A program made the position numbers and the translations under genes. Positions 39,601 to 46,735 of a stretch of 64,000 bases of DNA are shown in pieces. Origin of the DNA: Candidatus Omnitrophota bacterium (GTDB lineage Bacteria > Omnitrophota > Gorgyraeia > Zapsychrales > Zapsychraceae); NCBI GenBank assembly GCA_020053475.1, contig JAGVNC010000084.1, positions 4,201-68,200 of the forward strand, in the 5' to 3' direction. Under the pieces are notes generated by a model that searched no databases, was not told the origin of the DNA, and saw only the letters and a program-made list of their open reading frames with translations. Each line of letters opens with the position of its first letter. The stretch's first letter is position 1.

Positions 39601-40608
39601 CTTGGCTTTGTTAAGAAGGTCCGGAATCTGCTTGACGAGTTCGCCCAGATCTGCGGCATTTTGAATGAGGCTGGCCGCATCATAAATGTCGGTCCCTTGC
39701 CCACACTTCCCTAAGATGTTTTGCTCGACGAAATCGCTTAGTGTTTGAGAAAAATCTGCAGCCGTGTCGTAATCAACCACCGCGTTGAGTTGATATTGAA
39801 AATTTTGTAACCCATTCAAAATATCCTGTTTACTTTCGCAGACTGTCAGTGCGGCATCTTGCACTAATCCAGTCATATCTCCGAGTAAATACGTAATCGT
39901 ATGCACGGCAGGATTATAGGAAGGATCGGCTTGACCGTTGAACCACTGCGTAAGTGAGATGAACAGATCATACAGTTCATTCGATCCGGCGCCGCACGCA
40001 AAGGAGCAGGGATTGTGGCTATTAAACCAGTCAACGAAATAGCCAAAACACACCGCGCTATTGCAGTCCACTTGGCTTTTCTGGGTGCCAGCATCGGGCG
40101 GGGGGGTAACAACCCGTCGGCTTTTGATGTCCACATCAACTCGTCCCTGTGGTGAATACAATCGCAACAGCAGCGTGCCCTTGTCATCTTTGACCACATC
40201 ACACAAGGCGACCCCTGAGGTGCCTTGCGCCTTATTGTGATGCTGGATCAGATACATGCCGGAGAGTTGTTCTGAAAAGAAGAGCGCGACCGTCATGGTT
40301 GCTTCTGGCGTGTCGAGCTGCACCGCGCGTTGGGTAGGGCGGAATCCTAACTCTTGGGCATAGCGATAGGCATCGCGAACTTGCGGATCTTCGCGAAGGA
40401 ACGTCGTCACTTCATCTGCCGTGAGATGACGAACTGTTGCACCAGAGAGTGTCTGTGATGGAAAGGCCGTGGTGCCGCGGGGTGCCGGTTCTGTGTCAGA
40501 AGCCGCGAGTCGAGGAGAGGCCATAAGAAAAATGGCCACGACGAGCGTCACTGCGAGACACCGTGTTGAGGTAGGACATCGTGCTCCAGCTTGACAAATG
40601 GGGAGCAT
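33694..40608 (-). CDS. giant secreted cysteine-rich repeat protein (2304 aa). It has tandem chitobiase-C/Ig-like modules plus MopE-type C-x-DG-x-DNDCDG repeats
   Basis: Uninterrupted 6.9 kb ORF with ATG at 40608 and an N-terminal signal peptide. Two or more tandem ~190-aa repeats (NLPPVTS..QGWQS.DALVTLTCTD.GGAGCAT..YC.DQ.N.C.P...Y.AP..IS.EGT.YLR). Repeated ELCNDGVDNDCDG / CNGIDDNCDGITDEGC / HDGVDNNCDGQTDEN motifs and dense Cys. GC and third-position GC are markedly higher than neighbouring genes. Confidence 0.8.
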   Translation of the reverse strand: MLPICQAGARCPTSTRCLAVTLVVAIFLMASPRLAASDTEPAPRGTTAFPSQTLSGATVRHLTADEVTTFLREDPQVRDAYRYAQELGFRPTQRAVQLDTPEATMTVALFFSEQLSGMYLIQHHNKAQGTSGVALCDVVKDDKGTLLLRLYSPQGRVDVDIKSRRVVTPPPDAGTQKSQVDCNSAVCFGYFVDWFNSHNPCSFACGAGSNELYDLFISLTQWFNGQADPSYNPAVHTITYLLGDMTGLVQDAALTVCESKQDILNGLQNFQYQLNAVVDYDTAADFSQTLSDFVEQNILGKCGQGTDIYDAASLIQNAADLGELVKQIPDLLNKAKAFKIYGTMLLEGIGLKVFFDLLNCGFCSALAIGEISGGWLACQLNPCGYYPCETVCEAQNYSFSSSPYCKNDDVYVLTTQYQYGCSSTIPMEGICALQDTILQETLVQDCAYGCNPTTSQCKSSCSTGTPGAQELCNGIDDNCDGITDEGCSCVNGQTKPCGTDVGACSFGTQTCVSGQWGPCTGGQGPTTEVCPHDGVDNNCDGQTDENICGGDENECYNWTIVVNEPPYSGYVDTIKYGPYCANNYQWKHADVDNDGYLEHYMLAGDTYKVWFRCEVKSGYLVSDMVNFAQTMSYGCYDGDCDEKVENAVTVTKTYTGPVNEIGFPDILCLSNYPAGNPYGYGFYGGKLWEYWDTNENGQFDVGEHSENYLVLNCGADADCGPGNYCKKPDSNPLSNVCVSCLQAELCNDGVDNDCDGFVDCNDGDCGLGVPAKNGFCCGAACSVNGGNCVEASPTGQTCSDGSCNTYGEACRNGELESSLQCAGTTMTCSGGGSCEEAFGAPPSCDETTPHEDACEHGGSFNERACEVTGTDCVLSAESTCGAPQYCDEKEQDACSSLAIFQCDWQGGSGDDVAEICAAACGADASCDQVFPGSDLPGCAVGKTYFSDTCSAICTGEDNAPICRSSLYAAGCTADPACEGVMAGTQDCTLACQQNTPPTPPTAMQCNDGNCTGLFSGTIDVVCSGATDAQQDPLVYTAEEWHEDEQDVQQPGWWNPAFPKCFTVTLDTASPLAYESEPVDLMLDASVWTEAPFKDSLRVVDAACGAGGQEIPSQTYESTLVGTTYQSTRLVFLATRPAGTPVAYGIYYATTDQGAPTYSSDLVHTGDCVSADCTIENAVVKAWLDHAGGVIHELVYKPFSLTQGLIGWDYENAPDSDGSLGMLTNTTWTGPGTAIFDRTVTDAACSVTASGPVVVEVTCAKPGGLAWQAFRFYRGSPWIDVRSSFNGGTAWGDTVAFYTGGSTGPTPFSYSYGSNPSVYTASASAPVLTFGDQERTRVAISKSESNLSLEQVLAMTYASQLPHPLGVSNNGGQPSFGGTWYPLSVQPFPSGTIHPWRLIFTTGSLEQAMGPQSVEAYDRFVAPLVPTFKAWTPIGTHPAGGSVLWDTSAFDAIENVHLRCVASAEGQQSQPLVSSGTLTIDNLPPVTSGVFPQGWQSMDALVTLTCTDSGGAGCATIDYCVDQENACLPLTPYQAPVLISNEGTHYLRIQAKDNAGNLETIQSHIVLLDKTPPSLVIESPTNNSVYPLADLPVVYEAADALSGIQSCWYTLDDGMAQTLPACEHTILQQLSPGPHNLTIGASDVLGHETATTVAFTIDNLPPVTSASVPQGWQSTDALVTLTCTDAGGAGCATTLYCLDQNNSCVPFLTYSAPFFISTEGTNYLRFHSQDIVNNSETIQVASIALDITPPAITLESPKDITYAALPIPLSYTVTDAFSGVASCWYTLDESPPQALPSCAPTTLQVTAGPHSLTLFANDAVGHPAFTSVTFTLNTPPTIPTSLSCNGAVCKGTFFESVALACSGSSDSPGDLLMYDVEASLGTWQSCRTVTFTDPLPQPIPRPATPVFLDLSMFGGQANAIRVIDAPCGQGGNEVPSYASLLQGTITFLADIQGKTNYAIYYGNSGASLPTYPGSIIANDNYLSWAPQTDISLNCELSASIGRVTCNHQYPTGYVFNTAYPGAAGPAVALSFYADGWHTFDFTLQESSATYAFWRAVAKQGTGWAAEIHAWSNAKSPLLRIIRTGPPITLNEVRFFDTRYYNPSFDTWISTSMDGTLASVLIPGFATMQVGWPPLSGYWSSTTGEALLFLPGPDTAAKLDHTAKGFCLSGPASSCNYALTNSTAITMLPGETLTLFLEDFPTFQLDTPAPAFERALAAAVPPAIEIGEEVYEVYGGDWNLIGTHSAGEAVVWNLNTLSEKAQALLRCRAIDTVGAASPYYTHDTPITVTPSTITPKSPPIPTKTRL

Positions 40609-40740
40609 TACAACGCCTCTAAATCTTTGGGGTTAATCCGCCACTTCCCAATCTTAGTAGCGCGGATGTGTTTTTCCCGAATAAGTTTACGAACTCTGTA
40701 TTCAGTTAACCCAATCTGTTTAGCAACCTGCTCTCTACAG
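40609..40740 (-). pseudogene. start-less excisionase/HTH_17-like DNA-binding ORF abutting the giant gene (TAATG stop/start overlap)
   Basis: Minus-strand translation between an in-frame TAG and TAA reads GIFNCREQVAKQIGLTEYRVRKLIREKHIRATKIGKWRINPKDLEAL. This has the Xis/MerR-type helix-turn-helix-wing pattern. There is no ATG/GTG/TTG in frame. Confidence 0.4.
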
Positions 40741-40970
40741 TTAAATATCCCCTAAGCAATATAATATAGCCTTTATTTTAGATTGTTTAACATGATTTCA
40801 CATCATACCACATTTAAAATTTTATTAACAATCAATTCTTCCCTGGCATCATGGAATGGTTTTTCTTTATTTCCTATCTACTCAATCCATTCCGGCTTAA
40901 TTTTCCAATCGCCTGTTGGGAAAACTTTTTCCGTTGTCAACCATATCATTTGGGGATCCTTTCGACAGCG

Positions 40971-41489
40971 CTATAGCCCTACTTTCAACCCATACATCTT
41001 AATCAATTCCAGAAAGGCTTCGGCGTTGCCCTTGGCGTCGTCAACCGGATTGTGTGTGTGCTTGGTTTTGCGTAAATGCTTAAAATTTTTGGAGGTATCC
41101 CTTACCAACCCTTTATAAAGCGAACCTAAATTCATCGATGAATGGCCAAAAGGGTTCTTGCCAAGAAAATGATGGAAATACCAATTAATAAACTGCCAGT
41201 CAAAACCATTATTGTCGGATATGAATATCGGCCGCCCTTTTATATTGTCAGCCAGCCATTTATCGAAAGATTCCATGACAGTTTTGGAGTTGTCGAAGTT
41301 CAATGTTTCTTCCCGGCTGAATCCCGAAACCTTTAATGCCTCCGGCTCCCATTTTCCCGAAATCGGTTTTAACTTTTTATAGAAAGTCCTTGATAGCGAC
41401 GGCTCAACAATAATTGCTCCAAAGCAAACCATCGAATAATCGCCCGGGATAGGGCCGTCGGCTTCAATATCGACAATGACGTAGCTCAT
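40971..41489 (-). CDS. stand-alone DEDDh 3-prime-5-prime exonuclease (DnaQ-like fold)
   Basis: Exo I VIVDIEADG, Exo II FISDNNGFDWQF, Exo III HTHNPVDDAKGNAEAF; 172 aa. Confidence 0.65.
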   Translation of the reverse strand: MSYVIVDIEADGPIPGDYSMVCFGAIIVEPSLSRTFYKKLKPISGKWEPEALKVSGFSREETLNFDNSKTVMESFDKWLADNIKGRPIFISDNNGFDWQFINWYFHHFLGKNPFGHSSMNLGSLYKGLVRDTSKNFKHLRKTKHTHNPVDDAKGNAEAFLELIKMYGLKVGL

Positions 41490-41595
41490 AATATCTCAGT
41501 TCAAGTTATGTAAGTTTCTTGTAGCCGTTACCATACATAAAAATGCACGAATGTTACAGAAAATGGAATGTTCATGCGTTGAAGGCTGTGTTTCC

Positions 41596-42534
41596 TTATC
41601 CCCACGGTCCCGGGGCTTTCCATTCGCCTGGTATGTTGGCTTTATCGTTGATGGCCAATATGACCGGCTCAAGAAACTCGTTTATTTTCTGCATGATCGC
41701 GGGAAAATGATCGGTGATCTTTTTTTCCCTGATTTTGCGCAGGTAGGCCTGCCATTGTTTCTGCCTGTTTTTATCTTCGAAAAACTCCCCCGTAAAAACC
41801 ACCGGATTTTCCGGCAATGGTGTTTCGCGCCTTGAAAACGCAGCCTGCACGGCCTTAAAGAGAACTTTCCCGGTGAAATTATCGGAAAGAGCAAGGGAAT
41901 AAATATCGTAGAAATCCTTCATGCGGCTGTTCACGAAACTTAATTTGATCATGGCCTCGAACTTTTCCGCGATCATGCTTTCCAGCGAGTAGACCTTTAA
42001 CCGGGGATGCCGGTCCTCCAGGATAGTCGGGAAATCCATCTCAAGCGGTTGAGGAACAATGTCGTCTCCGAAGCCCACATCGATTTGTAATATTTTTCGC
42101 GCCTTTCCTAGAGTTGCCTTGATTTTCAGCCTTATGCCATGATACTCTGCTCCTTCTTTTATGTCTTCTGAATGTACGGATCCGGGATCAAAGATTATCC
42201 CGTCAGCGTATTCAATGCGGGCGATGTCCTGAATGATCGCTTCCAGGCCACGGTGTGAATTCTTAATGCGCTGCGCCAGGAAATCAATGTCGATGGTGGG
42301 CCGTGAATGAGGAACGTCATGACAGACCAGCAGAAGCCCTCCTTTGAGCACAAAAGAGCCGGAATGCTTGCTGACAGACAGACGGTATAAAAACCTCTCC
42401 TGCATGTAGCGTAATAAAAGGGCATCAAAGTCGATGCCCTGGGATCTGGCCAGATTCAATAATTTTGCCTTTATGGAGGCCGGTTTATTTTTGATGTTTT
42501 CTATCATCGTTGTTAAATCATGGCGTTCAGCCAC
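41596..42534 (-). CDS. AbiEii/AbiGii-family nucleotidyltransferase toxin (type IV TA)
   Basis: FLYRLS...FVLKGGLLLVCHDVPHSRPTIDIDFL GG-NTase motif; 312 aa. Paralogous to the partial gene at 1-931. Confidence 0.7.
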   Translation of the reverse strand: MAERHDLTTMIENIKNKPASIKAKLLNLARSQGIDFDALLLRYMQERFLYRLSVSKHSGSFVLKGGLLLVCHDVPHSRPTIDIDFLAQRIKNSHRGLEAIIQDIARIEYADGIIFDPGSVHSEDIKEGAEYHGIRLKIKATLGKARKILQIDVGFGDDIVPQPLEMDFPTILEDRHPRLKVYSLESMIAEKFEAMIKLSFVNSRMKDFYDIYSLALSDNFTGKVLFKAVQAAFSRRETPLPENPVVFTGEFFEDKNRQKQWQAYLRKIREKKITDHFPAIMQKINEFLEPVILAINDKANIPGEWKAPGPWG

Positions 42535-43118
42535 GTCTGAAGCACCGGTTTGACGCGGCAGACGGCGGCAAGTTCCAGGAGTTTTTCAATATTGCGGTTC
42601 TTCCGTTTCAGGTATTCCGTCAGGGCCTCTTTGGCCGTGTCCACTCCAAGTTTGTTTCGATAGCGAAAGCAGTCGCAGATCGTTTTCTCCGGAGAATAAA
42701 TCCTGATCTTCTGATTTTTGACCATGATGGTCTCTACACCGGCATGAAACTGTTTTTCGGAAAAATAGTAGAATTCAACCGGCGGGTATTTAATTTTGGG
42801 ACGCCAGGCTTTCCGATGAATGGCCACAGAAACAACCGAAGGATTGAACGTTGTCAGCTGGTAATAGGAAAGCGCGGAAAGCAGGCAAATAACCCCTTCC
42901 GGAACGGCCTGTGCAATGTCAATAAAACTTTGGTGAGAAACAACAGAAACTTCACTCAGTCTGTAAAGTCCAGTTTTGACTTTATTGATAATCCCTTCGT
43001 CAACCATGGCTCGGATATCTCGCGGGTGCACTCCTTTGGCAAGAAGTTCGCCTGTTCGCGCGTAGCCTTTATGGGCATTGAATATTTGTCGGATTTTCTG
43101 ATATTTCTGATTTGTCAT
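42513..43118 (-). CDS. AbiEi-family antitoxin
   Basis: 201 aa, immediately upstream of and overlapping AbiEii by 22 nt. N-terminal wHTH-like region. Confidence 0.6.
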   Translation of the reverse strand: MTNQKYQKIRQIFNAHKGYARTGELLAKGVHPRDIRAMVDEGIINKVKTGLYRLSEVSVVSHQSFIDIAQAVPEGVICLLSALSYYQLTTFNPSVVSVAIHRKAWRPKIKYPPVEFYYFSEKQFHAGVETIMVKNQKIRIYSPEKTICDCFRYRNKLGVDTAKEALTEYLKRKNRNIEKLLELAAVCRVKPVLQTWLNAMI

Positions 43119-43221
43119 GACATTTTTATATGGATAAACTAATAGGCGGATTATAACATATGCCTATGAAACTATCCAGTGTAAATTTTTGTTTGGGGCC
43201 CGATAACGCAACCCTCTCTCT

Positions 43222-44547
43222 TTACTTAACCTCCCAAAGGTGTTTGCGGGTTTCTTCCACAACAACCCCGCTTAAGACAAGCAAGGAGATCAAATTGGGA
43301 ATGGCCATGCAGGCATTGGTAATATCCGCCAACGACCAGACAATCGGCAATGACAAAACCGATCCGGCCATGACCGCCCCCACCCAAAGATAGCGGTAAG
43401 GCTTAATGGCTTTGCTGCCAAAGAGATATTCACAGGCCTTTTCGCCGTAATACGACCATCCCAAAATCGTGGCAATCACAAACGTAAAAAGGCTCACGCT
43501 TAAGACAATAGGCCCGATGACAGGGATGTCATCAAACGCCGCTTTGGCCAAACCAGCCCCATTTAAGCCTAATGTCCAGGCCCCGGAATTCACATACACC
43601 AAACCTGTCAGGGCACACATGACGACCGTGTCCCAAAACGTCCCCGTCGATGAAACGAGCGCTTGACGCACAGGGTTTTTGGTCTGGGCCGCTGCCGCCA
43701 CAATCGCGCCACTTCCCATCCCTGATTCGTTGGAGAAAAGTCCACGGGCGACACCATAACGGACGGCTTCCTTCATCGTGGCCCCCAAAAATCCGCCGAT
43801 CGCGGCCTGGCCCGTAAAAGCGCTTTGAAAAATCAACACAATGGCTTGGGGAAGCGTATCAAATTTTAAAACCAAGAGAATCAGGCATCCTAAAATATTA
43901 AAGATGGCCATGAAAGGAACCAGCGTTTCACACGCTCGGGAAATCGATTTGATGCCTCCCAAAATCACAGCGCCCGTTAACACCATGATGACTAGGCCCG
44001 TGATCCAATGGGGGATATGAAACGTTTCATACACTAGCACAGCCGCCGAATTGGCTTGGACCATATTGCCGATGCCGATGGCTGTGATGGCCGTAAAAAC
44101 CGCAAACAAAACACCCAGCCATTTGCAATTCATCCCCTTCTCCAACACGTACATGGGGCCCCCGGCCATGGCTCCATCCTTGGTCTTTACGCGATATTTC
44201 GATGATAATAAAGCTTCGGCGTATTTCGTCGAGATGCCAAACACGCCTGTAATCCATAACCAAAAAATGGCACCCGGCCCGCCGGAAGCCACCGCAGTGG
44301 CCACACCGACAATATTCCCTGCGCCAATCGTCGCCGCCAACGCCGTCGTCAATGCCCCGAATTGGCTGACATCCCCTTCCCCTTCTTTGGATCGTTCGAA
44401 GGAAATCTTAATGGCCTTGCCGATGTAACGTTGAATAAATCTTAAACGAAATGTTAAAAAAAGATGTGTCCCGCATAAAATCGCCAACGTCCAGGGTCCC
44501 CAAACCCAATTGCTTAGTTCCCCTAGAAATTTTTCCAACTCATGCAT
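43222..44547 (-). CDS. alanine/glycine:cation symporter (AGCS family)
   Basis: ATG at 44547 is preceded by GGGAGG. MHELEKFLGELSNWVWGPWTLAILCGTHLFLTFRL is the family N-terminus. The ORF track's longer frame (to 44634) reads through the upstream hairpin module. Confidence 0.8.
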   Translation of the reverse strand: MHELEKFLGELSNWVWGPWTLAILCGTHLFLTFRLRFIQRYIGKAIKISFERSKEGEGDVSQFGALTTALAATIGAGNIVGVATAVASGGPGAIFWLWITGVFGISTKYAEALLSSKYRVKTKDGAMAGGPMYVLEKGMNCKWLGVLFAVFTAITAIGIGNMVQANSAAVLVYETFHIPHWITGLVIMVLTGAVILGGIKSISRACETLVPFMAIFNILGCLILLVLKFDTLPQAIVLIFQSAFTGQAAIGGFLGATMKEAVRYGVARGLFSNESGMGSGAIVAAAAQTKNPVRQALVSSTGTFWDTVVMCALTGLVYVNSGAWTLGLNGAGLAKAAFDDIPVIGPIVLSVSLFTFVIATILGWSYYGEKACEYLFGSKAIKPYRYLWVGAVMAGSVLSLPIVWSLADITNACMAIPNLISLLVLSGVVVEETRKHLWEVK

Positions 44548-46141
44548 AGGGCCTCCCTGTCCCGCCAAGGCGGGACTTAAATGATCCGTCATTGATCTTA
44601 AAAATGGATGCAGGTTTATTATACCAAGAGCCAAAAAATCTTTTGAGGAATAATATCAAAATTAATAGCCCTGTCCCACCCAGATAATAAATGACCACTT
44701 GCCAAAAATTGACACTCTTAATCAAGAAGTAGGCCCCGGGGAGTTGATCCATCAAATAGATGCTGGCGACAACCACGTTTAACAGTAATTTGAGGCAAAG
44801 GGCAAACATCTGAGCACAATATCCCGAGATAAAGGCGAACGCTAACAGTCCTAATCCTAACGCCACGACCGCACTCATCAGAGGAATCACAATTAAATTG
44901 GCCACAAAAATGATGGGAGTAACGATTTGAAAATAATAGGCAATGAATCCCGCTAACCCTAACCACACGGATAAAGAAATGCCCAAGGCATTGATCAGCC
45001 ATTTGGCATATTGACTGGAAAAGGAAGACGCAATCAATTCGAGCCGGGGCCCTACTAAAATAATAATCAGAACAGCCAAAAAAGATAACTGAAACCCAAT
45101 ATCAAACAAATGAAAAGGATTGATCAATAATAACAGCAGTCCGGCTAATCCTAATGTATTGAACGAATCCGTTGGCCTCTCTAGCAGAAACCCCAAGAGA
45201 AAAACAATGATCATGATTGTCGCCCGTACCACCGAAGGCGGCGATCCTGTTAAGACACAATAAACAATCAATAATCCAATGGCCAGCCAAAGCTGTGTTT
45301 TGCGGCCGATCGGGAATATTTTGAGAATCAACAGGAATAATCCCGCGACAATGCCGACATTAAATCCGCTGATGGCCAAGACATGCACGGTCCCTGTATG
45401 TTCAAACAAGTCCATAATATGCGTCGGGATGGCCGCCCTGTCTCCCAAAATCATCGCACTCATCAAGCCCGCCTCGGCAGGAGACAGATATTGGTCAAAA
45501 ACGCTTGTCAGATGATCCCTCCAGCGAAAAATAGCGGCCAGCCATTGATATTGATATCCCGTTTTCAAAATTTCGACCGACGCTTGGCGCCCGACGCTTA
45601 AAATCCAATAGACGCCCTTCATTTCCAAATAATCCGTGTAGGAAAAATTCCCATCGGAGAAATTATACGGGCGGTGCAACTTGCCTTCGATACGCAAAAG
45701 GTCACCGCAGTGAATCTCTTTGTCCTGAAACACATTGACCAACACTTTTCCGCTCTTTGGGCGCCAGCCCCAGGGCGTTTTAATTTCTTCAACCTGCAGC
45801 GTAAACACTTTTTTCTTCTTGTTAAAAAAAGACCGTGTTTCGACGTCCGTGGCCACCGTGCCTTTGAGCGTTGTTAATTTTCCTGAATAATATCGCGCCA
45901 CGTGATGAATATGGTCTCGCGGGAGAACCTCAACATTTTGTGCATAAAGAAAACTCACGCCGATCAAGGCTGCGCCCAGGCAAACATTCCAACAAATGGG
46001 CCGATGCCGGCCCAACATGGCAACGAAAAGAAACAAACAGCTTAACGCCACGACGCCGGAGAATGAGGCAGAAATGTAACGATGACAAATAATCCCAATC
46101 GCCCAAAACATAAAAATTCCGACAAAAGGCCGTTGGGTCAT
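44540..46141 (-). CDS. comEC: ComEC/Rec2-family DNA internalisation channel (competence domain only, no metallo-beta-lactamase domain)
   Basis: DUF4131-like N-terminus, then the competence domain with HVLAISGFNVGIV; 533 aa. ATGA overlap with comEA. Confidence 0.75.
   Translation of the reverse strand: MTQRPFVGIFMFWAIGIICHRYISASFSGVVALSCLFLFVAMLGRHRPICWNVCLGAALIGVSFLYAQNVEVLPRDHIHHVARYYSGKLTTLKGTVATDVETRSFFNKKKKVFTLQVEEIKTPWGWRPKSGKVLVNVFQDKEIHCGDLLRIEGKLHRPYNFSDGNFSYTDYLEMKGVYWILSVGRQASVEILKTGYQYQWLAAIFRWRDHLTSVFDQYLSPAEAGLMSAMILGDRAAIPTHIMDLFEHTGTVHVLAISGFNVGIVAGLFLLILKIFPIGRKTQLWLAIGLLIVYCVLTGSPPSVVRATIMIIVFLLGFLLERPTDSFNTLGLAGLLLLLINPFHLFDIGFQLSFLAVLIIILVGPRLELIASSFSSQYAKWLINALGISLSVWLGLAGFIAYYFQIVTPIIFVANLIVIPLMSAVVALGLGLLAFAFISGYCAQMFALCLKLLLNVVVASIYLMDQLPGAYFLIKSVNFWQVVIYYLGGTGLLILILFLKRFFGSWYNKPASIFKINDGSFKSRLGGTGRPYA
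44552..44576 (-). promoter_or_regulatory. Family-C hairpin-plus-SD module upstream of the AGCS symporter start
   Basis: Minus strand reads GTCCCGCCTTGGCGGGACAGGGAGGCCCT-ATG. Confidence 0.4.
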
Positions 46142-46494
46142 GGCACTTTCCTCTTTTGGGAAATTTTTAAATAGGGAGCGAATCGTTGAAAATTCTTAGA
46201 CTTGATTCCTTTGATCGATTTGAGTTCTTCTAAGGACGTTAACGGGCCGTGGTCTTGGCGGTAACGAATGATTTGTTGGGCGCTGGAATCCCCGATAAAG
46301 GGAAGCGCGACCAACTCTTCCTGGGTGGCGCGGTTAATATCCACTTTTGGGTACAGGTGGTTGCCTTCAATGACACTAACAATGTTGCTCAGAAAAGGGT
46401 ATTTCTGCAGGGCATAGTGGAAGACCGATCCCGCGAGAACCACGGAGAGGAAAATCAACAACACTTTCTTTTCTTGGGACGTTAAATGAAACAT
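46138..46494 (-). CDS. comEA: ComEA-like helix-hairpin-helix DNA-binding protein
   Basis: N-terminal TM, then VDINRATQEELVALPFIGDSSAQQIIRYRQDHGPLTSLEELKSIKGI (tandem HhH). Confidence 0.75.
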   Translation of the reverse strand: MFHLTSQEKKVLLIFLSVVLAGSVFHYALQKYPFLSNIVSVIEGNHLYPKVDINRATQEELVALPFIGDSSAQQIIRYRQDHGPLTSLEELKSIKGIKSKNFQRFAPYLKISQKRKVP

Positions 46495-46607
46495 TCGCTT
46501 AAAGGCGAATGGGGAATCGGGGGATTAACGCGAAAGCGTTACACGTAGTATATCCAAGATCAGAGAAAATGCAAAATATTTTATCGGCTGAGGGAATAGC
46601 TCCAAAC

Positions 46608-46700
46608 GTGTCCGGCCGGACACTTTTACACTACAATTGGGGCCGCGCGGCCCCAATTGTAGTGTAAACGTTGCCCGCCGGCGAGAATTGTAGTGTAAAT
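46608..46700. promoter_or_regulatory. operator-like palindrome cluster upstream of comEA: a 16-bp and a perfect 40-bp palindrome plus a third AATTGTAGTGTAAA half-site
   Basis: gtgtccggccggacac, then tacactacaattggggccgcgcggccccaattgtagtgta (perfect), then gagaattgtagtgtaaatt. Located 110-190 nt upstream of the comEA ATG. Confidence 0.4.
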
Positions 46701-46735
46701 TATTTTTCATATGCTCCTTAACTTGCATTGATTTT

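Noticed and set aside
33806-40202. About 40 ORFs of 60-220 aa on both strands inside the giant gene
   Set aside because: The high-GC, stop-poor composition of the 6.9 kb CDS generates long open frames in all six frames; only the 2304-aa frame has a signal peptide and coherent repeats.
40783-41118. 111-aa plus-strand ORF
   Set aside because: AT-rich low-complexity translation, antisense to the motif-supported exonuclease gene.
44548-44634. Extended N-terminus (MALGIINLHPFLRSMTDHLSPALAGQGGP) of the AGCS symporter
   Set aside because: The extension reads through the hairpin/SD module; the ATG at 44547 has a GGGAGG SD and matches the family N-terminus, so the extension is probably untranslated.
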